Shown here: one piece after another, positions 1-328 of the stretch
How positions within the stretch are numbered: the first letter of the stretch is position 1
Layout of the letters: every line of letters begins with the position of its first letter
NCBI RefSeq assembly: GCF_003334335.1
Contig: NZ_QOWQ01000220.1
From: Escherichia coli
GTDB taxonomy: Bacteria; Pseudomonadota; Gammaproteobacteria; Enterobacterales; Enterobacteriaceae
Direction: 5' to 3' (one strand)
Length of the DNA: 328 nucleotides
Made by a program: the position numbers and the translations under genes
The notes under the pieces: generated by a model
What the model saw: the letters and a program-made list of their open reading frames with translations, nothing else
Told to the model about the DNA's origin: nothing
Database searches by the model: none

Positions 1-99
1 GGTGAGCCTGTTGAGCATGTTGATGCTGGCAGAGTAATTCTGATGCCCCCCTCAGTGGCAAAAGACATGGTCAGGAGCGGAATGGCCGTTTATGCGTGA
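1..99 (+). CDS. 3' end of a phage head assembly / DNA-packaging accessory protein, lambda gpFI-like (5'-partial; the start lies upstream of the window)
   Basis: Frame 1 is open from the window edge to TGA at 97-99 and translates to GEPVEHVDAGRVILMPPSVAKDMVRSGMAVYA*. This aligns without gaps to my recollection of the lambda gpFI C-terminus (EPV..V..G.......VA..M...G.A), ending at the same distance from the stop. It sits immediately upstream of an FII homologue, as FI does in lambda (E-FI-FII-Z-U-V). Identity is modest, so the assignment leans on synteny. Confidence 0.55.
   Translation, partial: GEPVEHVDAGRVILMPPSVAKDMVRSGMAVYA
73..81 (+). promoter_or_regulatory. Shine-Dalgarno-like ribosome-binding site for the FII-like gene, embedded in the 3' end of the upstream CDS
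   Basis: AGGAGCGGA at 73-81 is purine-rich and complementary to the 16S rRNA 3' end. The AGGAG core (73-77) is 14 nt upstream of the ATG at 92, which is long, but the GGA at 79-81 gives a 10-nt spacing. Sequence-only call. Confidence 0.4.
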
Positions 100-328
100 T
101 TTTGAGAATTCCTTTGATGCTGCCCTTGCCGGGGTGGACAGAACGATTGTTGAAGTGATGGGACTCTGTGCGCAGTTCACCTCGGGGGCACAGTGTGGCA
201 GCGAAGTTCAGGGGGTTTTTGACGATCCGGAGTCGCTGGGGTTTGCCGGTAGCGGGGTCCGTATTGAAGGAAGCAGCCCGTCATTATTTGTGCGGACGGA
301 TACGGTTCGTGCCGTGCGGCGTGGTGAC
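92..328 (+). CDS. FII: Phage head-tail joining (head completion / tail attachment) protein, lambda gpFII family (3'-partial; continues past the window end)
   Basis: ATG at 92-94 is the only start codon in frame 2 after the in-frame stop at 41-43. The frame is open to the window end and translates to MRDFENSFDAALAGVDRTIVEVMGLCAQFTSGAQCGSEVQGVFDDPESLGFAGSGVRIEGSSPSLFVRTDTVRAVRRGD. This is collinear with lambda gpFII as I recall it (MADFDNLFDAA...TSGEQSG...GVFDDPE...AGQGVRVEGSSPSLFVRTDEVRQLRRGD), roughly 60% identical with no gaps, including the near-invariant blocks GVFDDPE and EGSSPSLFVRTD.VR..RRGD. Confidence 0.9.
   Translation, partial: MRDFENSFDAALAGVDRTIVEVMGLCAQFTSGAQCGSEVQGVFDDPESLGFAGSGVRIEGSSPSLFVRTDTVRAVRRGD

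Noticed and set aside
106-111. EcoRI recognition site GAATTC
   Set aside because: A single 6-bp restriction site is expected by chance and has no biological implication here; it is only useful as a cloning landmark.
166-193. Short inverted repeat CTGTGC (166-171) / GCACAG (188-193) that could form a 6-bp stem with a 16-nt loop
   Set aside because: Short stem, long loop, no flanking T-run, and it lies wholly inside the well-supported FII-like coding frame; most likely coincidental rather than a terminator or regulatory hairpin.
209-223. Homopolymer tract CAGGGGGTTTTTGAC (G5 followed by T5) resembling a slippery sequence
   Set aside because: The zero frame continues through it and encodes the conserved GVFDDPE motif shared with lambda gpFII. 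In lambda-like phages programmed frameshifting is known for the G/GT tail chaperone genes, not FII, so there is no evidence for recoding here.
177-326. Antisense open frame of about 50 codons on the - strand, open to the 3' window edge
   Set aside because: It lies entirely opposite the strongly supported FII-like CDS, has no recognisable homology or upstream RBS, and is a typical shadow ORF of GC-rich coding DNA.
1-328. Possibility that the window encodes part of a novel defence or accessory system
   Set aside because: Both frames are accounted for by conserved phage head-completion genes with lambda-like synteny, and no unexplained intergenic or repeat structure remains in the 328 bp. Any novelty would have to be in flanking sequence not shown.

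Overview
This 328-bp window is fully coding on the + strand and spans the junction of two phage head-completion genes in a lambda-like (lambdoid) morphogenesis module, most likely from an enterobacterial phage or prophage. Positions 1-99 encode the C-terminal 32 residues of a protein that resembles the C-terminus of lambda gpFI (DNA-packaging/head assembly accessory protein). Positions 92-328 encode the N-terminal 79 residues of a clear homologue of lambda gpFII (head-tail joining protein), running off the 3' edge. The two genes overlap by 8 nt (ATGCGTGA), with a Shine-Dalgarno-like AGGAGCGGA inside the upstream gene's 3' end. I see no RNA gene, CRISPR repeat, mobile-element end or terminator, and nothing that supports a novel system in this window; it reads as conserved phage structural DNA. 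All homology statements rest on my recollection of the lambda protein sequences and need database confirmation.
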